Shown here: positions 55,094 through 64,000 of the stretch, piece by piece
Layout of the letters: the number at the start of each line of letters is the position of its first letter
Position numbering within the stretch: position 1 is the first letter of the stretch
IMG/VR virus record: IMGVR_UViG_3300023175_000005
Coordinates: 192,559-256,558 of that record
Length of the DNA stretch: 64,000 nucleotides
Reading direction: 5' to 3' (one strand)
The notes under the pieces: model-generated
The model's database searches: none
The model's input: only the letters and a program-made list of their open reading frames with translations
What the model was told of the DNA's origin: nothing
Translations under genes and position numbers: made by a program

Positions 55094-55608
55094 AGTCCAA
55101 GTTCCTTGTATGCCATTTGCACACCTTTTGCTTGAAAATATGCATCTGCAAGTGCATTGTGTAAATCACTTTGCATTGCTTTGCGTGGATCTACTTTACA
55201 ACAAGCAAACAATGTTCTGCTGTCACGCACTTGCCAAAATTGCCATGGAATAGGCTTGCCACGCTGTCGTAACATATCTTCAATAATAGTAATGTCAAAG
55301 CCATAACCATGACCCCAAAGCACATCAACACCTACCATCCATTTGGGCAAACTGTCTAAGAATACGTCAACATGTTCACGCCCTTCTGCACCGAACGCTT
55401 CTTCTTGTACTTTAGGATCTTGTTGTCCCCACCATGCGATTGTATCATCGCTTACTGCACGATCTTGCGTATCTAAATCTAGTTTATAGTAAAACTCTCC
55501 ATAAGGTTCGCTATTGCTTTTTGGATCGAACTTTACACCCCCGACTGTAAGGACTGCTGCTTGAGGTGTAGTGTGCAGTGTTTCTAAGTCGATCATTGCA
55601 TGGATCAT
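55087..55608 (-). CDS. DEDDh 3'-5' exonuclease (DexA/ExoVIII-like)
   Basis: MIDLET, FD, RDSRT, HNALADA. Confidence 0.88.
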   Translation of the reverse strand: MIHAMIDLETLHTTPQAAVLTVGGVKFDPKSNSEPYGEFYYKLDLDTQDRAVSDDTIAWWGQQDPKVQEEAFGAEGREHVDVFLDSLPKWMVGVDVLWGHGYGFDITIIEDMLRQRGKPIPWQFWQVRDSRTLFACCKVDPRKAMQSDLHNALADAYFQAKGVQMAYKELGLC

Positions 55609-55609
55609 T

Positions 55610-56200
55610 TTATTCCTCGCTGTTAGTAATAAGATTATAAATTTGCTGCCAGTTTTCAACCACAGTCACATCTGCTTCGACAAAGTCTAGATTATAGTCG
55701 TGTTGTATCAAAATAGGCTTGTGGCCTGCATAAAGTCCTGCCATTGCATTTTCAGGCTTATCTTCAATCCACCAATGACTATGTTCATAGGCTTTTAAAT
55801 ACTCATCTTTGTCTGCACCAGTTGCTATACATTGCACTCTACGCATTGCGCCTCTGCCAAACCAATGTTCTAAGTTCATTTCTCGTAATCGTGCAGCATA
55901 AGGATCATCTGACAAACTAGTGATACATTCAAAATGCCAACCTTCTGATACTAGTTTATGTACCCAATCTACAGCATCACGCAAAGGATTTAAATATCCA
56001 ATCCATGCACTGTTATTAAAAATTCCTACTAGATGATCAGCAGTGTGTTGTTCAATACCATATTTGATTGACATTTTATATTGGGCTGGTGCTGCAATTT
56101 CATATCCTCGTGCAGACATCCAACGTTCAAATGCTTCTTCCCAATTAAGAAAAACACCATCAACATCTGCTAGGATCTTGCGATCCTTGTTATAATTCAT
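55610..56200 (-). CDS. HAD-family nucleotidase-like protein (T4 gp30.2/NT5C-like)
   Basis: DVDGV..W, ITS, WIEDK..N. Confidence 0.75.
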   Translation of the reverse strand: MNYNKDRKILADVDGVFLNWEEAFERWMSARGYEIAAPAQYKMSIKYGIEQHTADHLVGIFNNSAWIGYLNPLRDAVDWVHKLVSEGWHFECITSLSDDPYAARLREMNLEHWFGRGAMRRVQCIATGADKDEYLKAYEHSHWWIEDKPENAMAGLYAGHKPILIQHDYNLDFVEADVTVVENWQQIYNLITNSEE

Positions 56201-56262
56201 AGTTGAACCTCGTTGTTAATTATGCTTAAACATAACACAAAACGTACACGATGTCAAGTAAA

Positions 56263-56946
56263 TTATTCTCTATTACCTAATAGTGCTAATAAGAATTGGA
56301 ACAAGTTCACAAAGTCAAGATATAAACTCAATGCCATTTGGACACCATATTTGTCTGCAACTTCCATATTAGGAGCAGAAAGAAATAAATTTTTTGCTGT
56401 TTGCGTATCCCATGCTGTCATACCGACAAAAATTAGTACACCGATAATACTAATTGCAAATGCAAATGCTGAACTTGCTAGAAAGATGTTTACAATACTA
56501 GCAATAATAATGCCAATTAATCCTACAATAAGAAAACTACCCATTGCGGTTAGATCACGTTTAGTTGTATATCCATATAAACTTGCTGCTGCAAATGTTG
56601 CACTTGTAATAAAAAATACCTGTGCAATACTTGTCATTGTATATACAACAAATATTGTACTCATACTAATTCCCATTACTGCTGTAAATGCGTAATAGAA
56701 TCTTGTGATGCCTTGTAGTGTCCAATTGCCGCCTGCAAAACTATAATATAAAATCATACCTAGCGGCGCAAACATAACCACAAGACCTAATAATCCAGTT
56801 GGAATAAATCCTGTTGTGTAACATAGATATGCAACAAATCCACTTACTGCTAATCCTAGAGCAGTGTGATTGTACATATTAATCATAAATTTACGCAAGC
56901 CTTCATCATAAGCTCGACTTGCAACATTAGCAGTTCTTGCTACCAT
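56263..56946 (-). CDS. Bax inhibitor-1/YccA family membrane protein
   Basis: Seven TM helices; YGYTTKRDL, TAWDTQ, ALSLYLDFVNLF. Confidence 0.93.
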   Translation of the reverse strand: MVARTANVASRAYDEGLRKFMINMYNHTALGLAVSGFVAYLCYTTGFIPTGLLGLVVMFAPLGMILYYSFAGGNWTLQGITRFYYAFTAVMGISMSTIFVVYTMTSIAQVFFITSATFAAASLYGYTTKRDLTAMGSFLIVGLIGIIIASIVNIFLASSAFAFAISIIGVLIFVGMTAWDTQTAKNLFLSAPNMEVADKYGVQMALSLYLDFVNLFQFLLALLGNRE

Positions 56947-56947
56947 A

Positions 56948-57307
56948 TTAGTCTCCTATAAACTGTGCAAGTTCTGGAGCCTTCCAACCTTCTGGCTTCA
57001 GTACCTTGCCATCTTCACGTTTACGAACTTTGCCAGTGTCTGGATCGATCTTAGCAAAGTTTGTATCCATTACTTCTTTCCAAGCACCTTCTCCGTCCCA
57101 ACCTGCGGCACGGATAGCACCCATAGTAACAACTAGAATATCAACTAGTGCGTCAAGTTGTTCTACCTTATCGTTGTCTATAATGGCTTCTTCCAGTTCG
57201 TCTGTTTCTTCTCGAATTAGATCAAGATACATTTTGTAGTTTGCTTCATTAGGCTCTTGATCACACGCTGAGCCAAAGCGTTCAATATCTGCGAATGGGT
57301 TTGTCAT
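56948..57307 (-). CDS. MazG-like/PRA-PH NTP pyrophosphohydrolase
   Basis: EE..EL, DALVD, EV..TN.AK, REDGKVLKP. Confidence 0.82.
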   Translation of the reverse strand: MTNPFADIERFGSACDQEPNEANYKMYLDLIREETDELEEAIIDNDKVEQLDALVDILVVTMGAIRAAGWDGEGAWKEVMDTNFAKIDPDTGKVRKREDGKVLKPEGWKAPELAQFIGD

Positions 57308-57714
57308 TATGCCCCCACAAAATTTGATGGGTCTATAGTTGTTGATTCGCCATTCGCATATTCGTCACCAATGTAAACATCATTTGGCTTTTCATTACTA
57401 TACCCTATAATACATTCTTGATCAATCATTCTTAGTTCTATTGCGCCATTGCCATCATCAACATTAAATGCTCTTGTCCAACGACCATGTTCAATTAAAA
57501 TCCAGTCACCTACTTGGTAATCATCTTTGTTGTCTGGACCTTTTGCATGTACTTTACCCCAGCGAGGATAAATGCCTCTAGTATTTCCATCATCATTAGT
57601 AATAATTAATCCACTTTTTGTTTTTTGTTCACCAAAATACATATCAGTGACAAGAACTCTATCTTTAATAGGAGTTAAAGTTCCTTTAAAAACTTTTCCA
57701 AAATTTACAGCCAT
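57307..57714 (-). CDS. GroES-like co-chaperonin
   Basis: LTPIKDRVLV...EQKTKSGLII; V.A.GP; VGD.I. Confidence 0.82.
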   Translation of the reverse strand: MAVNFGKVFKGTLTPIKDRVLVTDMYFGEQKTKSGLIITNDDGNTRGIYPRWGKVHAKGPDNKDDYQVGDWILIEHGRWTRAFNVDDGNGAIELRMIDQECIIGYSNEKPNDVYIGDEYANGESTTIDPSNFVGA

Positions 57715-58097
57715 TATTCACCTTTTCTAATAAAATTGCCGTCTTCGTCTTCAATCCATTCGTCTAATGTTTGTGTTTTTGATTTTTTTGTTTCAACAGG
57801 CTTTTCAGGCACTGGTTCATTATCAAACTCATCAAACATTTCTTCTTCTAACTCAGTGATAGGTTTTGGTCTAACAACGGTTTCTTCTACAACACCTTTT
57901 GTGTTATAATATTCTTTAAGAACTTGTTCACGCTTGCGAACAATTTTACCACCTGGTCCTAGTTCATCTCCTCGTGCATTAACTCTTGCATTGCCTACAG
58001 CAGGAGTTAATTCATTTCTACTGATCAGAAGATCAAGATCGATATTTTTACCTTGGGCTGTTTTATAAATTTTACGCCCTGATTGTTGTCTTGCCAT
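57714..58097 (-). CDS. hypothetical phage protein
   Basis: AVGN..VNARGDELG.GG motif; downstream of GATAAGTA (58122-58129). Confidence 0.75.
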   Translation of the reverse strand: MARQQSGRKIYKTAQGKNIDLDLLISRNELTPAVGNARVNARGDELGPGGKIVRKREQVLKEYYNTKGVVEETVVRPKPITELEEEMFDEFDNEPVPEKPVETKKSKTQTLDEWIEDEDGNFIRKGE

Positions 58098-58124
58098 ATT
58101 ATTGATCTCCTTAATATGTACTAC

Positions 58125-58655
58125 TTATCTCAAGAACTCTCTCCAATCCAGGCCATACTGGATTGAATCTATACGATGCACACCTATCAAATACAGCACA
58201 TAACTTGCTACACTTGATCCACGTCCTACACCCCATACAATGTCATTCTCACGCATAAAGTCTACAAGATAAATCATATAGCGTAGTAGATCGTGCATAC
58301 CACGTTTTTTAAATTCGTCTAGTTCTTCCCAAATACGATCTTGTACGTGTTGCGGGCAAGGTGTTTCTGCTTTACCTAGAACATATTCATATACGCTAAT
58401 CGCTTTATATTCTTCAGGCATAAACCATTCGCTTTGACATACTCCGTCAAAAGTCTTTTGATCTACATCTAATGGAATATACTTTTGCAATGGATCCATA
58501 CCTTGTTCTTCCATTGCAGTATTAAACTTGTCTATTTCGTCTGTAGGTGTACATAATACCACATGCACTTTATCCGCATGACCTGAATAGATCATATCGA
58601 TTAAATCGCGATTTGTAAATCGAGGTATACCTAGGTCGTCTGTTCTCATAAGCAT
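58125..58655 (-). CDS. truncated DNA polymerase III alpha (DnaE)-like protein
   Basis: R...EL...; GVGRGSSVAS.VLYLIGV..ID...Y.L...EFL; ends before the PDxD motif. Confidence 0.75.
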   Translation of the reverse strand: MLMRTDDLGIPRFTNRDLIDMIYSGHADKVHVVLCTPTDEIDKFNTAMEEQGMDPLQKYIPLDVDQKTFDGVCQSEWFMPEEYKAISVYEYVLGKAETPCPQHVQDRIWEELDEFKKRGMHDLLRYMIYLVDFMRENDIVWGVGRGSSVASYVLYLIGVHRIDSIQYGLDWREFLR

Positions 58656-58664
58656 AAATGTATT

Positions 58665-58895
58665 TTACGATACATTGATAAGATTGTCAAGATCTGAATT
58701 AGTGTCTTCTTGTTCTTTTTTCTGTTGCTTACGTCTTTCTTCTATTTCTACTTTGTAAGAATCAATAAGCAAAATCATTTGGTGACGTACATTTTCATCC
58801 TGCGTCATGAAATACATAGAATTAAGTTTTAGAACTTTTTGTTCTAATTCATTCATTGTAAATTCTGATAAATCGCCTAGATTAGGATGTATCAA
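58665..58895 (-). CDS. hypothetical protein
   Basis: 76 aa, coupled to the upstream gene. Confidence 0.7.
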   Translation of the reverse strand: MIHPNLGDLSEFTMNELEQKVLKLNSMYFMTQDENVRHQMILLIDSYKVEIEERRKQQKKEQEDTNSDLDNLINVS

Positions 58896-59473
58896 CTGTA
58901 AGTACCTACATGTGTTAGATAATATGTAACACCATCTGTTGTAAAAACATCTACAATCATTGTTTGTGTATTAGTAACTTCTAGTGCTGTAGATGTCCAT
59001 GCAGCATTTCCGTCTGTCTTTAGTGTTTGACCTAATCCTGCATTAAATGTAAATGTTGTGTTAGAAGTATTTGCTGTACTTATTACTACTCTTGCACTGC
59101 CTGCGTTTGTAGTAGGGAAATTTGTTAAAGTTATACCAATCGCACCTGCACTTGCATTACCTGAAACATTATATACTGCACCGTCACTCCAGTCAACTGC
59201 TGCTGATTCACCACCGTTCATATTTACGTTAGTGTTATTGTTATCAAGTGTATTTGCTACAAGATTTGCATTTGAAATTTTGTTTTCACCAAAGTCATTA
59301 TCTACATTTAATTTTGCAGTTCCAGTTTTCAATGAATTTAATTCAGTATTAGCAACTGATAATCCTGTTTTAACCACACTAAAGTTATCACGAAAGCCTT
59401 GGCTATCGTTATCTTGTCCTGCGACTGGAAAGTCTGCATCAATTGTTGTATAAACTATTACTTCATCTGCCAT
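58892..59473 (-). CDS. virion structural protein
   Basis: ID..FPVAGQDNDSQGFRDNF N-terminal motif; Thr/Asn-rich beta structure; late promoter at 59493-59500. Confidence 0.65.
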   Translation of the reverse strand: MADEVIVYTTIDADFPVAGQDNDSQGFRDNFSVVKTGLSVANTELNSLKTGTAKLNVDNDFGENKISNANLVANTLDNNNTNVNMNGGESAAVDWSDGAVYNVSGNASAGAIGITLTNFPTTNAGSARVVISTANTSNTTFTFNAGLGQTLKTDGNAAWTSTALEVTNTQTMIVDVFTTDGVTYYLTHVGTYS

Positions 59474-59495
59474 TGTTATTTCCTTTACATACTAT

Positions 59496-62400
59496 TTATG
59501 CAATGTTGTGTTTGTAATCTCCGAATAAGATAAATGTTTCTTGACTTGACCCTGTTACAGCATCGGCAATATATCTATCTATGTCATATTCAATTTGATC
59601 AAAATCAAATTCTGTTGTCTTTATATGGTTTTCTACGTTTTGTAGTATTCTAGTAGACTCACCCGGAAGTGTATATGCCAAAGGCACACAAAGCACATAT
59701 CCTAGTTCTGCTAGGCTTGTTCCTTGTGCTGTACGCATCCATAACGGTAAAAAGTCTAGGGATGTTGAACCTAGTTCAGAAATTTTATCTCTCATATTAT
59801 CAATATTAGAAATATAAAATCTACTGTGCCCACTTTGACTGATTTGTATTGCGTCTGTATCAGCAGTTACAGTTTGTCCATTTGGCCTAAATCTAAATGG
59901 TTCGTCTAATCTTCCAGTGCTATCCTGTGCCGATTCTAATTTAATACTGTCTACAGTAATTTTACTGCCGTTGTTTATTGTGTTAAACACTTGTCTTGTT
60001 TTGCCTGCGGCAGGTAATGCTTTATCAACAAGTTCTACGTATACTACTTCATATACTATATCGTTAGTCCCTGGAACTTTGGCTACTGCATTTTTAACAT
60101 TTCCGAAGTAATATTTTCTTCTAGTATGATTTTTTGCAACAGCAATATAAAAATCATCTATTGATTGAGTTTGAATACCTGCGTATGCTAGAGATCTAAG
60201 TTGGCGAGGTACACCAAAGTTTGTATCACTTTGTCTGTAAAGTTTAGTTGGTTCAAATACTTTTGTATTACCTATAAATTCATTCCAAATAGATCTTTGT
60301 GTAGATTTCAAGAAAGGTTGGAAATATAAGTTACTGTAGAATAATTGATCTACATCATCTATACTAAGTGTAAATGTTCTAGATGTTGCACTAAAGCCAA
60401 ATCTATCTCTTGCTAGTATTTCGAATGTATAATTTCTATCGTTTGTAGTTGTACCACCGTCGAAAGTTGTTGTTCCGCTGTCAAAGAATGTCAATCCCTT
60501 GCGCTCAGGTGTTCCAAAAATTGGTACTTCACCAATTATATTACCGTCATTCTTTAATGCTAGTCCGGGAGGTAATGATCCGCTGATTAGATTGTATTTT
60601 AACAGTGCATCTGGAATGGATGTTTCTGCTTCTACTTTAAGTGTACTAATTCTATTTGCTTTTAGTGTACCTAGGTCTGCCGGTGTTTTCCAAGTAATTG
60701 TACTTTCAACATCTCCTAGTATACTAACTGTAAAAGTTTTTGCCTTTTCTAATGTTTCGTTGTCGGCACTGTTGAATGTCTTACTAAAACTATCTTTGAC
60801 AACGGCTGCAAATGTTATGTGTCTACCTTCTGATAGTGTATTTTTTAAATTGCTGTCTAGTTGTACTCTTTGATATTGTGCGATTTGTGTAGCAGTAACA
60901 GTATCGCTATCTGTGGTATGAAACAAACTTTCTATAAAGTTTTTGTTTCTTGATTCAGCAGTACTAGGAATAATTAACTTTACTTTAGTAATACCGTATC
61001 CACTTACTTCTGTTTGTATTGTAGCAGGTGCATTTGTTCTACTAAAATATGCCTCTAGTCCTTGTTCAATATCACTACTTCCGTCTATAGTGCCTGTAAC
61101 ATCTGTAACTAATTGCATAGCAGAAGTGCTATCGCTTGTGTCTACATCCCATTCTATATAGTCTACAACATCATTTATTACATGACTTGCATCTGTAAAG
61201 TTAATTGTTTTGTTTTTATAGAATGCTGTATCATTTGAAGAAAGTTGATTAATCCATAGATAGTTTTTTCCACCTGTTGACGTACTTCTTAACACAATTG
61301 GATTAACAGTTCTTAATGATAATAATGCACTTTCAAATGTAATTTCGTCATAGTCTTTATTTGTTCCATCAACACTTTCTATTTTATATGAGCGTCCATT
61401 AAGTTGTATAGTTTGACCTACTAGACTGTTTAGGTCTTCTATACCATCAGCAGTACCTGTCGGAAGTTTACCTACTCTTAGTGTTCTACCTCCAATTAAT
61501 GTATCTTGAGAAACAGTTGCAAAAACTGTAACTACATCAATGTCTGTGGTAAAACGTATAGCATTAACAGTAAATTTATATTCTTTTGTAACAGCAGGTT
61601 GATATGGTACAACACCTGCAATTTCACCTGTAGTTTCATCTAGTGCCATGCCTGGCGGTAACTCGCTATCACTACCGTCGTCGTTTACACCTTCTAGTGC
61701 ATATCTTACAAAACCTTCTACGAAATTTTGCTCTAGGATTTCTAGATAAAATGTTTGATAGTTTTGTGCTCTACGTCTACCTAAGTCTGCTGGTGTTAAC
61801 CAAACAGGAATTCTTCTAAATGTTGCATCTGCGGTAAACACACCATCTGCTGCTTGCATTAGTGTGTTGTCTGCTCTAACATAATCATCACCTACAACAT
61901 AAATTATAAATCTACGTCTTACACTAGTAACATTATCTGCTACTGTAACAAAAAATTCGTAATAACGATTAAGTTTTCTAGGAGTTCTTACAGGACTACT
62001 GTAATCATATGTTGTGATATCGTAAAAATAACTATCCCAACCGTTGTCTGCTCTTACATTAAAATCAAATGGATACTTAGAAAAGTTTGTAGTGTCATAT
62101 CCGTCATCTACAACGTTGACATCTAATGCTAGTAAAGGATCAACTACTCCTTGCAATTTACCACCTGTTGTAAGTTTAATCCCCGGAGGCAGTTCTCCGT
62201 CTCCGTCAGCAATATAATATTCTAATATTTCACCTGCTGGTAAGTCTGTATCAGTTGCTTCTAGTTGATAATCAATAATGCTGCTATCTAGTATAAACAA
62301 TACATTGTTTGGACCTACACCTAGTCTACCTTCGGGTGTAACCCAATTAGGATTATCAGGTCCTATAACTGTTAAAGAAAATGTTCTATCTCTTTTGCCA

Positions 62401-62636
62401 AAACTGTTTGTTGCTCTAATAACAAATCTACTTTGTGTGTCTCTTGCTACTTCAAATGGTGTTCCAACAATATTATTACCTTCTAGTCGCAAGCCACCTG
62501 GAAGACTTCCGCTAATAACTTCTGTTGTCAAATCTGTAGATGTGGTTATCGGAAGAGAAATTAAAACAGTTTCTCTTTCATTTATTGTACCTAAGTTATA
62601 ATTTGTTTCTACATTCCATACCGGCAGTAAAGACAT
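59496..62636 (-). CDS. large virion protein with Ig-like (He_PIG-type) repeats, baseplate/tail candidate
   Basis: Four (G/S).LP.G..L...G.I.G repeats; 1046 aa. Confidence 0.7.
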   Translation of the reverse strand: MSLLPVWNVETNYNLGTINERETVLISLPITTSTDLTTEVISGSLPGGLRLEGNNIVGTPFEVARDTQSRFVIRATNSFGKRDRTFSLTVIGPDNPNWVTPEGRLGVGPNNVLFILDSSIIDYQLEATDTDLPAGEILEYYIADGDGELPPGIKLTTGGKLQGVVDPLLALDVNVVDDGYDTTNFSKYPFDFNVRADNGWDSYFYDITTYDYSSPVRTPRKLNRYYEFFVTVADNVTSVRRRFIIYVVGDDYVRADNTLMQAADGVFTADATFRRIPVWLTPADLGRRRAQNYQTFYLEILEQNFVEGFVRYALEGVNDDGSDSELPPGMALDETTGEIAGVVPYQPAVTKEYKFTVNAIRFTTDIDVVTVFATVSQDTLIGGRTLRVGKLPTGTADGIEDLNSLVGQTIQLNGRSYKIESVDGTNKDYDEITFESALLSLRTVNPIVLRSTSTGGKNYLWINQLSSNDTAFYKNKTINFTDASHVINDVVDYIEWDVDTSDSTSAMQLVTDVTGTIDGSSDIEQGLEAYFSRTNAPATIQTEVSGYGITKVKLIIPSTAESRNKNFIESLFHTTDSDTVTATQIAQYQRVQLDSNLKNTLSEGRHITFAAVVKDSFSKTFNSADNETLEKAKTFTVSILGDVESTITWKTPADLGTLKANRISTLKVEAETSIPDALLKYNLISGSLPPGLALKNDGNIIGEVPIFGTPERKGLTFFDSGTTTFDGGTTTNDRNYTFEILARDRFGFSATSRTFTLSIDDVDQLFYSNLYFQPFLKSTQRSIWNEFIGNTKVFEPTKLYRQSDTNFGVPRQLRSLAYAGIQTQSIDDFYIAVAKNHTRRKYYFGNVKNAVAKVPGTNDIVYEVVYVELVDKALPAAGKTRQVFNTINNGSKITVDSIKLESAQDSTGRLDEPFRFRPNGQTVTADTDAIQISQSGHSRFYISNIDNMRDKISELGSTSLDFLPLWMRTAQGTSLAELGYVLCVPLAYTLPGESTRILQNVENHIKTTEFDFDQIEYDIDRYIADAVTGSSQETFILFGDYKHNIA

Positions 62637-62645
62637 TCATTCTTC

Positions 62646-63362
62646 CTATATATTCCCAAGATCCATTGTAGCATCTAAAGGATTTAAGAAAGTTCCAAGA
62701 TCAATTGGAGAACTATACATTACCCAATCAAGTTGGCTAGTAAGGACTTGCTGAATGCCGCCCATATCAAATCCCTCAATGTATCTACCTAGTGCATCGT
62801 AATATTCTACAGTATCAACACCTGTGATGTTTGTTGGTACAAGATTAGTTGTAGTTACCTTATTTCCTAAAATACTATTAGCACTAAAATTATTTACTGC
62901 GGTAATATCGTTACTACGAGCATCTAAACTTGCTTCTAATGCCGGTGTAGGATCTCTTGATAACCCGGCATTAAATGTAATTGTTTTTGTGTTTTCATCA
63001 CCTGTGATTTCCACACCTTGACCGTCAAAAAAGTTGAGGTTAATATCTGTACCACCAATAACTGTTCCTTGAGGTGTTGTAATAGTAAAGTTAGCTGATG
63101 CAACAGTGTTTGTAATAACAACAGTATTGTCCAAAGTTGTTAAACTAATGCCTGTGCCTCCTGCTAGTGTTCTAAAATATAAAACATTATCAGCAGTTTC
63201 TTTATATACGCTGCCTGAGGCAGCACCTACGTTAGCACCACTTTGTTCTGCTATGCTTTCTAGTGTTTGGAAGTTTTGATTTACTTTGATAAATGCTTCA
63301 CGTAGATCGTCACCCTGTCCATCGTTTGCTGCGTTACCAATGTTAATTTGTGCTAGTGCCAT
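62646..63362 (-). CDS. baseplate/tail-fibre-like structural protein
   Basis: INIG..ANDG.GD.LR.AF.K.N.NF motif of T4 gp9/gp10-type N-termini. Confidence 0.72.
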   Translation of the reverse strand: MALAQINIGNAANDGQGDDLREAFIKVNQNFQTLESIAEQSGANVGAASGSVYKETADNVLYFRTLAGGTGISLTTLDNTVVITNTVASANFTITTPQGTVIGGTDINLNFFDGQGVEITGDENTKTITFNAGLSRDPTPALEASLDARSNDITAVNNFSANSILGNKVTTTNLVPTNITGVDTVEYYDALGRYIEGFDMGGIQQVLTSQLDWVMYSSPIDLGTFLNPLDATMDLGNI

Positions 63363-63385
63363 TTCCTAAATCCTGTCCTTTTTAA

Positions 63386-63393
63386 TATTTATC
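63386..63393 (-). promoter_or_regulatory. late promoter (GATAAATA)
   Basis: Intergenic motif before structural genes. Confidence 0.65.
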
Positions 63394-64000
63394 TTATCCG
63401 CGTCTGCGTGTCCTTACACGAGGATACATCAATCCCGTTGTAGGGCGATTGTTTACATCCTTATTGTACGTGTTAAACGCCATATTACCTGATGTTTGCC
63501 TGTGATTTTTCCACAGCACAATCCTGTCAATGTCAGAACCATCAAGGCTGACCTTTGTGTCGGTATTCACCAATACAGCATTTTGTTTTGGTGCTGAACT
63601 CTTGTAAGGATGATCTGAAGGTAGACTGCCTGTTAGAGCCCACTTGTGAGCAAGGTATCCTTCAATGCGTTCTACGTGGCTTACATCTGTGCTGCCTGTT
63701 CCGGGCAGTCCAGCAAACGTCAAAAACTCTGCCATTTGACCACTCATGTGTTCGTTGGCTCTGTTGCGGAAGAATCGCAAATCCATATTGGTGTTTAGGG
63801 CATTGTCGTAGTCATTCACAGGAGTAAAAGCATTGGTTCCATTTACCCTTACAGCAATCTGGTTGCCTGTTTTGTTGAATATGGCACACACTATGACCCA
63901 AGCGCCCTGTCCTATGCCTGAGTCGAAGTCCTGTTTGTTTCCTATGGTTGATGAAATCCTGTTGCTAACCAATCCATCTAGGTCCAACTCACCGTCGAAC
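63394..64000 (-). CDS. C-terminal part of a virion protein with LamG/ConA-like domain (5' end outside window)
   Basis: Frame open to the window edge; G..AE....G...IEGYLAHKW.L...LP.DHPYK motif. Confidence 0.65.
   Translation of the reverse strand, partial: FDGELDLDGLVSNRISSTIGNKQDFDSGIGQGAWVIVCAIFNKTGNQIAVRVNGTNAFTPVNDYDNALNTNMDLRFFRNRANEHMSGQMAEFLTFAGLPGTGSTDVSHVERIEGYLAHKWALTGSLPSDHPYKSSAPKQNAVLVNTDTKVSLDGSDIDRIVLWKNHRQTSGNMAFNTYNKDVNNRPTTGLMYPRVRTRRRG

Noticed and set aside
1107-63827. Numerous + strand ORFs in the track (e.g. 26927-27814, 43475-43864, 56213-56695, 59058-59453)
   Set aside because: They are antisense shadows of well-supported - strand genes, with no motifs or RBS; only phoH is credible on +
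1-64000. Stop-codon reassignment, as seen in some large phages
   Set aside because: Long conserved genes are intact under the standard code, and TAA, TGA and TAG all end genes at tight junctions
1-64000. tRNA genes, CRISPR arrays, IS elements, introns or inteins
   Set aside because: Gaps are short and explained by micro-ORFs or promoters; I saw no cloverleaf or repeat-spacer pattern; PolB, ClpA, ThyX and the clamp loader are of normal length
1-64000. Cellular, or eukaryotic/NCLDV, origin suggested by clpA, dnaJ, def, PMM and the RFC-like gene
   Set aside because: SD sequences, spanins and endolysin, T4-like RNase H, PolB, late promoters and tail proteins indicate a bacteriophage carrying host-like genes

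Overview
A 64 kb, AT-rich, gene-dense segment of a large tailed dsDNA phage with T4-like replication and late-transcription features. It is probably marine, and an FdxA-type ferredoxin points to an alphaproteobacterial host. Nearly all genes are on the - strand; phoH is the only credible + strand gene. The standard genetic code fits, and I saw no tRNA, rRNA, CRISPR array or transposase. Contents in order: tail-fibre-like gene; MoxR AAA+/VWA-metallopeptidase pair; T4 RNase H-like nuclease; DNA methyltransferase cassette; a 7-deazaguanine DNA-modification cluster (queE, folE, a QueD-like/DpdL-type T-fold protein, dpdA) that also contains a phosphoribosyltransferase and a GT-B glycosyltransferase resembling the queuosine mannosyltransferase QTMAN/GTDC1, followed by sugar-nucleotide genes (epimerase, phosphomannomutase, cytidylyltransferase); sliding clamp, PolB and clamp loader; radical SAM, SGNH-like and GT-like paralogue families; probable capsid-internal proteins; a proteostasis set (ClpA, Def, DnaJ, GroES, ATE-like, YccA); an extended lysis cassette; phoH, thyX, fdxA; a truncated DnaE; and virion structural genes. 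The best candidate for an undescribed system is a sugar-modified (possibly mannosylated) 7-deazaguanine DNA modification. All family calls come from motif recognition by eye, not from database searches.
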